Below are positions 14,465 through 28,285 of a stretch of 64,000 nt of DNA, piece after piece. Under the pieces are notes generated by a model. It ran no database searches and was not told the origin of the DNA. It saw nothing but the letters and a program-made list of their open reading frames with translations. Numbering within the stretch: the stretch's first letter is position 1; the number at the start of each line of letters is the position of its first letter. The translations under genes were made by a program, and so were the position numbers. Origin of the DNA: Antedon mediterranea (taxonomy: Eukaryota; Animalia; Echinodermata); the NCBI RefSeq assembly GCF_964355755.1, contig NC_092677.1, positions 8,392,101-8,456,100 of the forward strand, written 5' to 3'.

Positions 14465-17040
14465 ACTAGATACGATAACGACACGATAAATCAAAGGTCA
14501 AAATAATAGCGCAAAAATCAAAACCACGACAGTCTCACTGCGACGTTTAACAATATACATGGCTGCAGTCGCGTGCTCAAGTTAGTGTTTACCGACCAAC
14601 CGACCGATATAGTGAGCTGTAAATGGTACGTAAATTGAGCTACAAATTGAATAGAATACACAGTTTATGAACCTTAATTGAACCAATATCTTACGTGCTA
14701 TCATCTTATGAAATTAAGTCATAGGTCTAGATAGGCTATTTATTATAAAGGCCTGGCTAGGCTAGAGAGGAGAAGGGTAGCCTAGCCTAGTATTATTGGA
14801 TGCTAGTCAAGTCGCCCCATCGCAAAGTCGCCCCATACAAAGTCGCCCCTTACACAGTCGCCCCATCGCAAAGTCGCCCCAAAACAAAGTCGCCCCGACA
14901 CAGTCGCCCCATCGCAAAGTCGCCCCATCGCAAAGTCGCCCCATCGCAAAGTCGCCCCATCACAAAGTCGCCCAAAACGTTAAAAAATAGTTTACAAGTG
15001 CGTAAAATGTCGCAATGATACACAAAATAACACGGAACGTGTAGGCATAAAAGGGGAAGCCCCGCCATGTAGTCTCAGGTCACACGATCGGCACGCACCC
15101 CCATCATCAGAGTGGAAACCCCGACTAATCACTCAGCGGTCGCACTAACGTGCTATAGCTTACCAGCAGAGGGAAACCCCGTAATTACTCCGCCGTTGTC
15201 GCACTACAACGCACCATTCTGAAGATGGGGAAACCCCGCCGGAGTTTTACAATGATATCAGTCGCGTTCGAAATCGGTCGCGTTTAATTTTGGTCGCGAT
15301 AAAATGATGTTATACGATCTAGATTATTTTTACTTTGGTCGATGAATATTTATTGTTATTATTAGGCCTATATTAATAATTGATTTTTGTTTTTATTTTA
15401 CAGGTCAGTATGATGGGAAAGATGTGTGCCTTAAAAAAATGACAATTTGTAAACATAGTTTAAGATTATAGTATTATCCAGCATAATGTCATTTGACAGT
15501 ACATAATTATTTAAATGTGAAATATTTTATAGGAAACGTAGACTGCGTCTGTGTCTTTTATTTTATATGCAACAAATTACGTAAAACAATTTATTTATAA
15601 ACATTCAGTTTACTATTATTATACATAGTATTACATACAATGGACATTGATTGTAAGCCTGGAAAGGCAATCCCATCATTATATCAATTATAAAATTGCA
15701 TCATATCACCACTATATGTCGTAAATGACGTGCGTGTGTGTATTCGTCGTACGTATTATTCCGTGCCTCTTCACTGTCTTGTTTAATTTAAAATTAAATA
15801 TACACCCGATATGAGGATATTTATTAGGCATGTTAATTAGAATGTTCTAAAACCAAAAGGGTTGAAAAGAATTTCTTCAGTAAAATGATCATTGTGCTGT
15901 TAATAAAAGGCGACTCGCTATCTGAAACATTCTCTGAAACCAATCGGAGCTGCGCCTTCTGGTATCTGTTTCCTCACAGCTGCTACGTCTTTCTGCTGAC
16001 CGTCGGGGATTCCCCTTTTTAAAAAACACGCACACGATACTGTACGATGGTTTTTCCATGGTCAAAATGTAGCGTTTTAAATTTTACTAAAATACCTGCA
16101 TGTAAAACAATCATATCGGCGATGAAATCCTTTTTTTCCCCTTCATTTTGAAAAGTCATTATAAAAGTAAGACACATAACTTGTCAATAAATGCAAAATG
16201 ATCAATAAGTAGCCTATAACACTCATTGTCTTACAACACTGTTTTACAACTCATTGTCTTACAAATCTATACGAAGGCCTACACGTTTATACATTTATTA
16301 TATTATCTTAAAAAATGAGCTGGTATCCAGGCGTAGGTTGAAGAAAGATTCGTAATTGTGGCTCTGGTAACTAATTTAACATTTTCGAAACTATAAATCA
16401 GGGATAATCTTTTTAGAACTTTCAAACAAGGGACTATTTTTTTAATGATTTTTAAAAAGCACATCACTCCATTAAAACCTGTAAAATAAAAATTTTATGT
16501 ATATAATAGGATAAACATTGTAATGTAGGCCTATACGACATTTAGCGCGACCAAAGTAACAAACGCAATCGATATCAAACGCAACCGATATGAAACAGCG
16601 TACTACTACGGCGGCGCTTCATTATCATACCGAAATAAAACCGTGGTCGACTTTGCGATTGGGCGACTTTGCGATGGGGCGACTTTGCGTTGGGGCGACT
16701 TTGCGCTGGGGCGACTTTGTAATTGGGCGACTTTGCGATGGGGCGACTGTGCCTGGGCGACTTTGTTTTGGGGCGACTTTGCGATGGGGCGACTTTGTAT
16801 TGGGCGACTTTGTATGGGGCGACTTTGCGATGGGGCGACTTGACTGGATCCCGTATTATTAATGCATATATGCATTCCATTGACTGACGGCGGATAGCGC
16901 TAGCAGCAGCAGGCCTGTCATATGCTACATTTGGTAGGCTAATAGAGTGTACACGTAGTGGTCGTTAACCACGACAATCGTTATCAAAATCGTTCAAATA
17001 TAGACGCGGACCTGACATTCGTGTCGTTATCGTATCTAGT
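14465..17040. mobile_element. Non-autonomous TIR element hosting a nested element
   Basis: Perfect 22-bp inverted repeat ACTAGATACGATAACGACACGA at 14465-14486 and 17019-17040. True termini and TSD not resolved. Confidence 0.6.
14798..16852. mobile_element. Foldback/Mutator-like non-autonomous DNA transposon with subterminal ~15-bp tandem arrays
   Basis: (AAAGTCGCCCCATCG)n-type array at ~14806-14975 and its inverse at ~16648-16843. Direct repeat GTATTATT at 14790-14797 and 16853-16860. No transposase ORF. Confidence 0.8.
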
Positions 17041-17674
17041 CGGGCAAAGCTTTGAAAATTAATGTTCACCAGGCGATCGGTGAACACGTGGAACATTTTT
17101 ACTTGTTTCTAAACACTACTAGATTTCTTAAAATGGAGCCCTTTTTTCAAATACATTATCAATTACATTAATATCCCGTTTAACCAATTACAATCATAAT
17201 TCTCTTCATGGTAATATACATCATAAATATTTATTTTATTCATTTATTTATTTCAAAAAACCTCCACAGGAAGAGCTATAATGTCTAGTATATATTACAA
17301 TTTAAAAAAATTGTAGGCTTCCAATATCTAATTCTACTACTAAATAACATTTAATTAAATTAATATAAAGACGATGTATGTTGATTAATTTAAATACATT
17401 CGAAAATTCTTCATACAATTTTTTTTGGAATGAATTAGGAAATATCAATTTTTTCTTTGTCAGTAAAAACACACTTAAATACAGAGTAATAATAGTATAA
17501 ATTTACTTTCTTTGGTCTTCTTATATGCTATATTAGTTTCTAGACCGAAATTAGTAAAAGATAAATATTTTGGTACATATGACGTTTCATAAGTATAATA
17601 CATGAGCTCGTATTGTAATATTCAGACAAAAATCGAAACCCCGACTGGTGGACTAACTTAAAAAAAGACATGAA

Positions 17675-19563
17675 CTACAGAGTTGGGGCAAGTCTAGCTT
17701 TATATATATTAAAAGTATTGTAAACAATACAATTATCTATTTTAAAATATGGTGACATCAAGTCAGTGTCTTTAAGCTGATCATACGTAGTAATTATGTT
17801 TTCATTTAGCTCCTCTCCCTCTTCCTCATCTTGCTCTTCCTCTACCTCCTCCTCGTACTCCTCCACTTCCTCCTCCACTCGCTCCTCTTCCTCCACCTCC
17901 ACGTCCGCTGGCTCCTCCTTCTCCACCTCCTCTTCCTCAACTTGTTGTATAGGATTACGTTTCATACCTTTTCCAACAGAGTTGGCATCATCGTGAATGA
18001 CTGGGTTATTTTTGTTGTCTTTTTTATTCACGATTAATGGGTCAGCTGGGTGTGACGTAGCATTATTTTCTTTAACATTCTGCTGTTTCACTTGATAACT
18101 ACCTTTTTTGTCTTCAACAGACGTAGGCCTACCGAAATCGTTTCTTTGAACATTAACAGGAGAATTTATCGACGTTGTACTGCATTTTACTTTATCTATT
18201 TCTGTTGATTTGTATTTCCTCTGCCTCTGTCTTTGATGTTTACTTCTTGTAGGTTCACTTTGCAGTTGGTGATCAGTTTGGTGTTTTTCTTCAAGTCCTG
18301 TATGTTCGTTACTCCCAATTTTTCCAGATTGTTTTATTTTCAGCTTTTCATTTTTATTTGAAAGTGCGTTCTGATCTTCAGCTTGGACGAATTTCAATTC
18401 CAAAGTCGAGCATTCGTGACATTTCTCAACATCATCGGCATTGTTACACTTGAGCACGTGACCGAAAGAGCATGTTGACCAGCTTTCTTTACAGAAACTT
18501 AAGCATCGGGAAACGGTTTCTTTGACAAGTACTACTACTTCAGGTAATTGGTCGTCGTTTTCAAGTATATCCAAAGCTTCTTCCATAATTTCAGACGTCA
18601 CGTGTGATTTGTTTTGAAGAATTATCGATAATAAAGTGTCTGTCTTTTTGTCTGAAACTGTTTTACACTGAAACTTCATTAATCGAACACACGTGTTTAT
18701 TCGTTGAATATCTGAAGACACGTGAAACACAAATTGTTCAGAAACAATGTTTTCTGAATTCCAAATGCGTTGCTGAATCGTTTCTAGTTGTTTTAAGATG
18801 TTCGTTCTGTGAATGGTATCGCTCTGTTGGTTTAAATAATCACGAATCGTGATTATTCGTTTTAACATTGTAGTCATGATATCAAATAGAAGTAGTCGTT
18901 GATATTTAATTCCATAGCGGGAGTTCATTTCTTGTAAAACCACTCCTGGTCAAATGTGCAAATACATTGTAATTGGTAGTTAATCTTCTGTCTCATATCT
19001 TGTATTCGATCTATTGATCTTTCAATCCGCATCTTTCGCTTGATGTCAGCTATTCTCATGTTTATTGTTTTGAGAACATTTCCGTATCTTAGATTGAATC
19101 GTATGATTGTATGACACACTGGACATTGTTTCAATCTTATACCTTCATCCTTATCCATATATTCATCCATTGTAGAAACCTCAATTGCGTGAGAACAATC
19201 ATACAGAAATACATATTTTGGTCTTGATTTACCTGCAGATTTATCTGGATGAAATAATTGTGGATTGCAAAAGAAGCATTTGTTTTGACAGGGCTCGCCA
19301 CACAGACCAAAGCATTTATGTTCACATGTTAGTGTCTTCCGACACGGTTGATTGCACCTTTCACGATTACAGAAGTCATAACAATTTTTTGAACATATAA
19401 AATGAATGCATTTCCATTTACATCGAGCTCCACATGGTTCGCAAATATCGGAACAGGAACGTTGGCAGTGTTTATGCCAGCAACTTGACTCGCACCTTTT
19501 TTTACAAGGCTGGCAAAGAATAATTGAGCAGGGCTGTTGACAATTGTGACCACAGATAAGTTT
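17675..19563 (-). pseudogene. Orphaned 3' part of copy B (last zinc fingers, RING-like segment, helical region, RZ-like finger, tail)
   Basis: Resumes at CGHNCQQPC after the insertion. 1-bp deletion ~18936 (gtaaaac versus gtaaaaac in A and D). Ends in a poly-Glu frame. Confidence 0.88.
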
Positions 19564-20991
19564 TTTTTTTTTTTTTTTTTTTTTTTATCTTATGTGGGTT
19601 CATCCCACTTTTATTTCCATACCACTGTTCTCTTTACATATATTTTTCACTATACACTATTTATACATATCATTATATTTACAATGTTTGTTTAATCATC
19701 TGTATACATATACTTATTTAAAGAGTTTTATTCATTTGTTTACATATTATCACATTGATTACATAGCTTCCTCTTTTTAAGCATATTATCTGTAACACAT
19801 TTTCATTAACAAGCTTATTTTTTTTCTTACATAGTTGTTTTTTATTTTTTCATCTACCACATTTTCATTTAACAATGCATATTCTCTGTTATAGTCATTA
19901 CTTACTAAATGTTTACTGTTAACATAATATTGTTCTCATCCTTTAACATTAATATTAATATTTTTGTTCTTTAATGTTTACAAAACCAGCAGATCCTTTT
20001 TTGCATCTATAACTTCTTAAATTTTCATTTAACTTTTTTACTTTCTTCTCTTATGTGGATTCATTCCACTTTTTTTTTTTTTTACTTATTTTCTTTAAAA
20101 AAAAAAAAAAAAAACTATTTCCATATATTATTTTGTTTATACATACATTATCATTTAACCACATTGATTACATAGTTTCCTCTTTTTATACATATTATCT
20201 ATAACACATTTTCATTAACAAAGCTTATTTTTTCTTACATAGTTGTTTTTATTTTTTTTTTCATCTACATGCATATTTATTTCATACAATTATAATACGT
20301 TTATGTTTAATAAATCCATCCCATGGGTTTGTCCCATTTTATTTTTCTTAGGATTTATCTATGCAAACATATTTTCATTTAAACAATGCATATTCTCTGT
20401 TATACTAATTACTTACTAACTTTTTACTGTTAACATTATATTTTCCTCATCCTTTAACATTGATTTTTTTGATCTTTAAATGTTTACAAAATTTATTTCC
20501 AACAGATTATCCCTTTTTTTGCATCTACAGTATAACCCATCAAAGTTTCATTTAACTTTTTTTTTCCTATGTGGGTTCATTCAATTATTTTTTTAAACTT
20601 ATTATTTATTCTATTATTTTTTTATACATACATTATCATTTAACAATATTTGTGTTTAATGATCCATTAAAAAATTAGACATTTTTTTTTTCTTTTTAAC
20701 CATTTTATCATTTCAAAATTCCACATGCAGTAAGAATGTGCAAATTACATATATACGGTATATACCTATAATATGAAAGCTTTGATGAAAACACCTCCCC
20801 ACTTAAACCTAAACCTTCTTATCCTTCATCATTTTTTTTTATCATCAATCTATAAAAAGCTTTTCACATTTTGTCTTTTTGTTTTCAAATCATCAAGGTA
20901 TACATATTTACAAAACATACAGTATAGTAGCAAGAAAAAAAAAACAAAAAAAAAAAAACAAAAAAAAAAAACATAATAGATTCATCATTCA
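19564..20991 (-). mobile_element. ~1.43-kb polyadenylated retroposed insertion inside the large exon of copy B
   Basis: Poly(T) 19561-19586 is a poly(A) tail on -. AATAAA on - at 19610-19615. TSD AGATAAGTTT at 19554-19563 and 20992-21001. The paralogs are uninterrupted here. Internal repeats start at ~19591, ~20051 and ~20567. Confidence 0.85.
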
Positions 20992-23900
20992 AGATAAGTT
21001 TCTTGTTACAACATTCAGTGCATGCTTTGTGTATCTTGTCATGCCCACAATCCTTACATTTTCCACGACATCGATGTCCACAAACTAAAGTGGTTTTGCA
21101 TTGTTCCTGACAACTGTCAATGGAGCATTCTTCGGAGCATTTCTTCGTGCATGTATGGCCACAGGGTAATTCTTTTGTACATCCCTTTTTACAGCTAAAG
21201 GGTAGATTACGTTGGCAACAAAGTTGTGTTCTTTCATGTCCACACGGCAATTTGACAGTCAGTTTAAATAGACATGCTGCTTCGCCACTAGTTGCAATTT
21301 CTGACACATCAACAAAACACTGTACTTTTTTCATATGTCCACACTTAAGTTCCCTGTCTACCTTTTCTCTACACAGTTCCATATTTTTACATTTGTGTCC
21401 ACATGGTAGTAATCTTGAGCACTTATTGCTGCAAACTTTGATTTCTGAGCAAATACGTTTGATCGTGTGTCCATATTCTAGTGTTTCAACAACATTTTCA
21501 ATACAGTCGGTGTACTCGAAGTCTTTAGATTCGTAACATTGCATAGTTGTTTCATGTCCACATTTGCGAATTTTAGTAACTTCCGCATTACACCTTAGAT
21601 CTAGGTCTTTGTACCTATTAACTGACCTATAGGAATGACGTGATATCGGCATAATTTGTGCTTTTTTAATAGGTTCTACATTACATGGTACCTCTTTCTC
21701 ATGGTTACATACTAGTATTTTAGTTACTAGTTCAGTACAATGTTTACTGGAACATATCTGATAACATTTTTGTCGACACTGGTGTCCACATGCTAATGTT
21801 TTTTGACATGGCATTTGACAACGAACGTGTTTTCCATCGAAATTACATGGTACCTCTTTCTCATGGTTACACACTAGTATTTTAGTTACAACTTCAGTAC
21901 AATTATTAGTGGAGCACACTTCATAACATTGTCGTCGGCACTGATGTCCACATGTTAATGTTTTTTGACATGACATTTTACAATGAACGTGTATACCGTC
22001 ATCATGATGGTGGTTGTAGCTTTTACATATATAGTATGGGTTACATAAATTACCGCAGGTGTTTGGACATGGATGGCCACATTCTGTTGGTCGTGAGCAC
22101 GGTAGTGGGCAGGTTTGTGTAAAGCAAGGAACGCTAACGGTATGTCCACATTCGAATTCCTTCTCTATAATCTCAGTACATTTTGTTTCGCAAGCATCGC
22201 CACATTTCATCTTACACGCATGACCACACGCTAACGTCTTTTCACAAGGGAGCTGACAGGATGTTATGTAACACTGTACTTCAATATTGTGACCACATGG
22301 AGAAAATAATTTCTTGACAGTTTGTAAACATTTTGACGTGCATGTTTCAAAGCATAATTCTTTACATTTGTGCTCACATTTCAGTAACTTTTTGCATGGT
22401 TTAGTGCATCGTACCGGATTTTCCAATTTATAACACTGCAACTTAACCTCATGTAGACATTCTAATGTTGTACTAACCACGACTTTACAAGGTAAGCACG
22501 GTACAAAACAAATTAAATAACATGGATTATTGCGTCTACATAATCTAACACAGTTTTCTTCGCATTCGAATTTCTCATGATTTGGATCTCGAGGATGGCA
22601 AAGAAATGGACAGACATGTCCACAGTTTAGGCGAGTTTCACACAAGAGCCTACATCCCCCCATCGGGCATTGTATAAAATCATCGGCAGTAGATATTTTG
22701 ACTTTCGTCGCCGGGTGGTTTTGGCAGTACACTTCAATATAGCTTCCAAAACAATTTGAATTTTGCATGTCATTGACGATCTTCATCCAAAGGTCATTCT
22801 TTTCAGATAGAAGTTTAAAATTTCCAATACAGAACATACCCTTTTTCGCTCTTGATAATGCTACGCACATTCGGTTCGAAACTTTTAGAAATCCTATATT
22901 TCCAGCCTCGTTACTTCTTACTAAAGACAACAATATTATTTCATTTTCTTCGCCTTGATAATTATCTACGGCGTTTACATACACATCACGTAAACAATCA
23001 TACTCCTGGTCTTTAAGTAGTCGTTTCAAATTAAGTACTTGACCAGTATACGTCGTCAAAATGGTGATACTAGAGGCATCGTATCCCTGTTGGTACAGAT
23101 ACTTTGCAAATGCTACACAATACTCAGCTTCGTGTGCATTTGATTTGCTTAATATATCTTCTACAGACTCCTCTTGAATATCATGGTTGATAAAGAACAA
23201 ATTATGAGCTACACCTTTAACGTTATCAAACTCTTTTACTGACTTGTCATCGAGGAGATGACTGTAAAAGTGTTTCCTCATGATTTGTGATATCTGTGGT
23301 CGCATTCGGTGTTGTGATGATAATTTCTGACAAGGAACATCATTTGTAAGCATTCTTTCAAATAGCGATGTGTCAAGGTTGAATTTGGTGGCAAGTTTAT
23401 ATACTGTAGGATTTGGCTTCAATTGCTGGTGGTCTCCGATTAGAATTATCTGTTCGCATTGTTTCGTTAGGCTTGTTACAATATGTGCTTCCAATATTTC
23501 CGCAGCCTCTTCAACAACAACTATTCTTGGTCGTATTCTATTTAGTAACTCTTTATTCTTAGCAGCACCAGTTGTTGTCATACCTATTACATCTATTCCA
23601 CTCAGTGCTTCACATTTATCTTTATTATCTTCTTCTTTAATACTATTGCCTACAACCTGGTCATATGCTTGCTGTTCTTCAAACAATATTTTTCGTAACT
23701 GGCCTTTGTATTTTGTTATCCAGAATCGGTACAGGCGCCATTTATTGTGTGTGGAAATCAGTCGGATATTCACTCTGTTTGCTTCGTGTTCTGTCATTTC
23801 GTCCCCTATAACAGATAATTGTCTTTCTACTGTGGCTTGGTGCTGTTTTAATGGTGCATCTTTACATTTCATTTCCGGATCGTATGCGAGTGCATTGATT

Positions 23901-26900
23901 GTCACATTCTTTTCGGATTCATAATCAAGTTTTGCACTGATATCATAATCCCGTTGATCTAACATCATGTCAAACTCAGTTGTAATATTAGCGTTACCGT
24001 TTGGTTCTGTTTCATTGTCTTTGTCGTATTCAGTATCATCCTTGATTGCAATGTCCTCGGTACGTTGTTCATTATTCTCTGAATCAGAAAAGAGACCTAG
24101 CCATGTAGGTAATGCCGAACGTTTTTCGTCTACTCCGTATTCCGCTCGTGAGTCTCTGAGGCATTTTAAATGGTTTTCATTAATGACCTTTTCCAAAGTA
24201 AATTCACTGATAATGTACTTGTCACAAAGTTTAATCATTTCTTCAGCCTCTACCATCCGGTTGGTTATAGAACCTGCAAGTTCTTTTACACTACGAAACT
24301 CTCCTTTTTTCCTTCTTGTTTTCTTTACTAACTCTTTCAAATTGAATGTTTTAAGTGTTTCGCTTTTTGACCTCCCACCAATTCTTGCCAAATTATCACA
24401 AAATCTGAGTATACCTTCAAGAAATTGGTCCAGTGCATGGTTTGTGTAACATATTACCATGATAATATTAGCACTGTCTTCGTCAGCCTGCTTGTCGGAA
24501 CTTGTGGCCCAGCGATGTTTGTTAATGAGGAGAGTTTCAACGACCTTTAATCCAATATAAGTTTTTCCAGTTCCTGGTGGCCCTTGAATGACTGCAATTT
24601 CCTTAGTTAGGGCTGATTTTACAGCGGTAATCTGTGATTGATCAAGTGCTAGGTTGTCAATTTTTAGCCAATCTTTTTCGTCGTCTAGAATATCTACCAT
24701 GTGGTTACATCGAACCATGCTGTGTAAATACCTACTTTTTACATCCTTTGCCTGAACTTTCAAAAGTGGTCGTATGTCGTACATCATTTTGGGTGTATTA
24801 CGAAGGTATTTTGGTCTTTCTATATCATGCGATGCCCGTATAATATACTTGTCCATAGGTAGAATGTTGTCATCATCAAACTGTTGGAGAACTTGCAAAA
24901 CAGGCCTGTAACTCTCAAAAAATGCTGTTGACTCTACCATGGTACACGTATTTAGACGTGTAATCTCCATATATCCAGCGTTGTGGAATTTAATGTCAAC
25001 ACGGCCTTGTTGTAATAATGATTCCTCTCTATTGCAAACGGTACCAAACAGAAGAGTTTGAAAATTATCATGAGATAAGCAGACAAGTGAACCGAAAATC
25101 AAGCGTTTTGTATTCTTCCATCTTATGTTTTTCAGATTACAGAGACTAAACTGTACGCGATGGAGAACCCCATGCTCTGTCTGAGAAATCACTGGGTGTT
25201 CAATGTTTACATCGTAATACAAGCGGACGTCTGTATTCCTCTTTCTTTGATTTCGTTGAAATGCATTTGCAACATTATCGAGGTGTATTTGAATTCCTTC
25301 ACGCAATGGACATATAAAGTCCTCACGTAACAATCTGAATTGTACATCAAGGTAATGATATTGGCTTGCGTAACTTCCTTTGATTTTATTTGGACGAAGG
25401 AATGGTAGCTCTTTGGAATGAAGATCTTCTGTGGTTGGCAATATTGGAATGTCCCGGTAGTCATCAGGTGGTGGTCCGTCAGATATTCCTTCTCTTTTTG
25501 CAGATTCAAGTTCTCTCTTCTTCTTCTCTGCTTCTTTAAATTCTAAAATCCATTTGTCTGTTTCCTTTTTAAAACGTGCTACATTTATAAGAGCATCTTG
25601 TGACAACTTTCGTTTTCCAAACAATTCCTTACTTTTAACATCAAGTAAATTTGTAATGAGGGCCACATCATTAACCTCTCTAATTTCAGAAGTTACCCCA
25701 TTCAAAAACTTCCATACCAGATTTAGAAGTGTTGCAGTGTTTTTTTGTATTTCATTTTCATTTTTATTACCATCTATCTTAAACTTATCTCCTAAATGAG
25801 TTACATATGGAATTACGATTTTCTTTAAAAATGAACTTGATTTTAGCATATCTACAAGTTTTTCCCGGCTTTCAGATATTTCGCACTTGAATATTCTTAC
25901 GTATACTTGGAGAAGGACTTCAACGACATTATCACCCATTTTCTCATCTTTTAGCAGTTTGTTGAGGTGGTCAGTTCGATAAGATAAACATTCCACTGGA
26001 TCACATTTCTTCTGTAATATACTATTCAGATCTGTAAAATTTACTGCAAAAAAAGTATATTTATCATTTGAACGCTATATTGAAACAATATGGTTTATTT
26101 AAGGTGGTTAGTTGACACATTATTGCTGAATCAGGATTTGTGTAGTAAAGTAGTGGGGGAGGGTATAGGATGTGATTGCTGATTGAATATCAATATTAAG
26201 AAATGGGTTAATTGTTATAATATTATTATTAACAACGTTATTCACATTTGTTCTTCCAAAAATAATAAAAAAGGTACTTACATGCTACAACATGACGTGT
26301 CCTTTTTACTATTTCATTAGGAAGATATGCAGACGAAAAACCTTCATATCTAATAGAGTAATAATAGATAAGTACAATGTTTACCCAAACATTTAAAGAT
26401 GTATCGTCCCCTAAGAAATAATTCTTAACATTTTGTACACCTTGACAAAAATTTGGATCGGAAAAAAATTACCTGAAAAAAATGTCATTTAAAGCAAAAA
26501 ATAGTGTTTTTGGTTGAATTTAACCATTTATTTTGTCATCTAATAAGTGAAAACATTATTTTTGTTCCACCCGATTACCAGTGCTGTATCTCTACATACT
26601 ATCTATTTCCGAAGTATCAAAGGAATATTTTGGTAATACAGCATCTCATTTAAATCACATGTTGTGCCTGTATCATGTAAGGTTAGGTTACTACAGTACT
26701 AGATACATATGAAACACATGTGATGTATTTCCAAATTGTCCTATGATAATTCGGAAATAGATACAGTAACGAGAATCGGCTGCATTTTAAAAGTCAGATT
26801 TAATTAATGTTTATGCTTTTGGTGGATAATACATCTTTAAAGTATTTAAAAATGTGTAATCCTTTTTAATGAAATAATATAATATATAAGGTAAAACATT

Positions 26901-27482
26901 TAATGTCAATGTAAAAGTACAGCCCGGAATTTTCCCTTCAATACAATGTATAATGTAGTCTGTATTATGTTGCAAGTTTAGTTTTTTTAATAAAATCGCA
27001 ACCGATCATAAACATACTAATCATACAAAATTACACCCAGCATTTGTAAAACGGTTTGTAAAACTCGGCATTTTAGGTTGATGATAAGCTTTATTTGGCT
27101 ATTGAACGATTTTAATTTAAATGACTCCAATTAAAAAAAGTGATTGTTGAGTGAAACCCGTAAATGCGTTTTATTACGGATAGGCTTACCTCTGTTTTAA
27201 ATTTCCCCTGCCTCTTCCTCTGTTTTGAAAGTGATCTTGTCTCCAGTTGGTAGTAGATGCTTCCCTGCTGTTAAAATCTGGTGCTTGTCCTCTAAAGTGA
27301 TCTTGATTATTTGTACGCCGCCGCCTAGCCCTATACATGGTATCTTCCCAGGTGCCGTTGTCTGGCGTGTAATGCCTTCTAAAATGATGATATTGGTGTG
27401 TAGGCCCATCTATTTGTTGGAATATAGCCCTTCTTTTATGCTGATGGTGTCGGCTGGGATCTTTAGGCCTAGCACCTTGCAT
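20885..27482 (-). CDS. ZNFX1: ZNFX1-like copy B, truncated by a retro-insertion; exons 27482-27190, 26349-26282, 26043-20885; about 1839 aa
   Basis: Canonical splice sites with phases 2 and 1 as in the paralogs; 5520 nt in frame. Helicase motifs intact (GPPGTGKT, VEEAAE, GDHQQL, QHRM, VDNYQGEE, VALSRA) plus zinc fingers. The ORF ends inside the insertion. Could be a pseudogene. Confidence 0.75.
26397..26836. mobile_element. Kolobok-like MITE, same family as 13862-14202, in a copy B intron
   Basis: TTAA|AGATGTATCGTCC ... GGATAATACATCT|TTAA. Confidence 0.65.
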
Positions 27483-27710
27483 TACTTATCTAATATTAGG
27501 TAAAATGTACATTATGTTGACCTTTCTTTTCTCCCTATTTTCTGTTTTACTGTTTCTTCCTACATTAACATTTATTTTTTATATAATTGGAATAGTAAAT
27601 AGAGCATAATTTATTCTGGTCAAAATTATGTGAAAGTCTATAGTCAATACCGTAATGCAAACAATTATATAATATTTGGGCCCTTTTAGGCTTAAGGATT
27701 ACGTATGTTA

Positions 27711-28285
27711 TACCCCTTTCACACCAAAAGCAAAACTCCGGAGACACTCCGGAGACACCCCGGAGTTGACGTCCCGCTGTTTGGTGTGAAAGGTAAAATC
27801 AAGCAACTCCGGAGTTTAAAACTACGGGGTTGAACAGCTGAACATTCTCCGGAGAGCGAACTGCGGGGACACCCCAGTGTTTTGGTGTGAAAGGTACCAA
27901 CATCAAACTCCGGAGTGTTTCGGGTCAAAAGGTTATCCTCGCAATCAATTATTTATTTAGTTTTATTTTAAAACACTATAAATATTTGTAAAAAATATAT
28001 AGCGGGTCTAGAAAATAATAAGTAGTATAAATAAAACATTATATTACTTCTGAGACTTTTGAAAGTAATTATTAAATTTAAAATATTATTAATTAAAATG
28101 ATTCTAATGATCGTCGCTATGTAAACAAACAAAATAGGGGGCGACATTTACAATTTTATTTTATAAACCCCGGTGTTGCTAGGTTGGTGTGAAAGGGGTA
28201 TCTCCGGAGTTTCTCGACGTTTTGAATGGTCATAAACCCCGGGGTGTCTCCGGAGACACTCCGGAGTTTTGGTGTGAAAGGGGTA
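27711..28285. mobile_element. PIF/Harbinger-like MITE
   Basis: TTA|TACCCCTTTCACACCAAAA ... TTTTGGTGTGAAAGGGGTA|TTA; 19-bp TIR, 3-bp TSD, internal CTCCGGAG motifs. Confidence 0.85.

Noticed and set aside
14796-16880. ORFs with KSPHRKVAP/SRPIA repeats resembling SPKK-type basic proteins, and a CRISPR-like look
   Set aside because: They are translations of the transposon's subterminal tandem arrays, open in several frames on both strands; there are no unique spacers and no cas genes.
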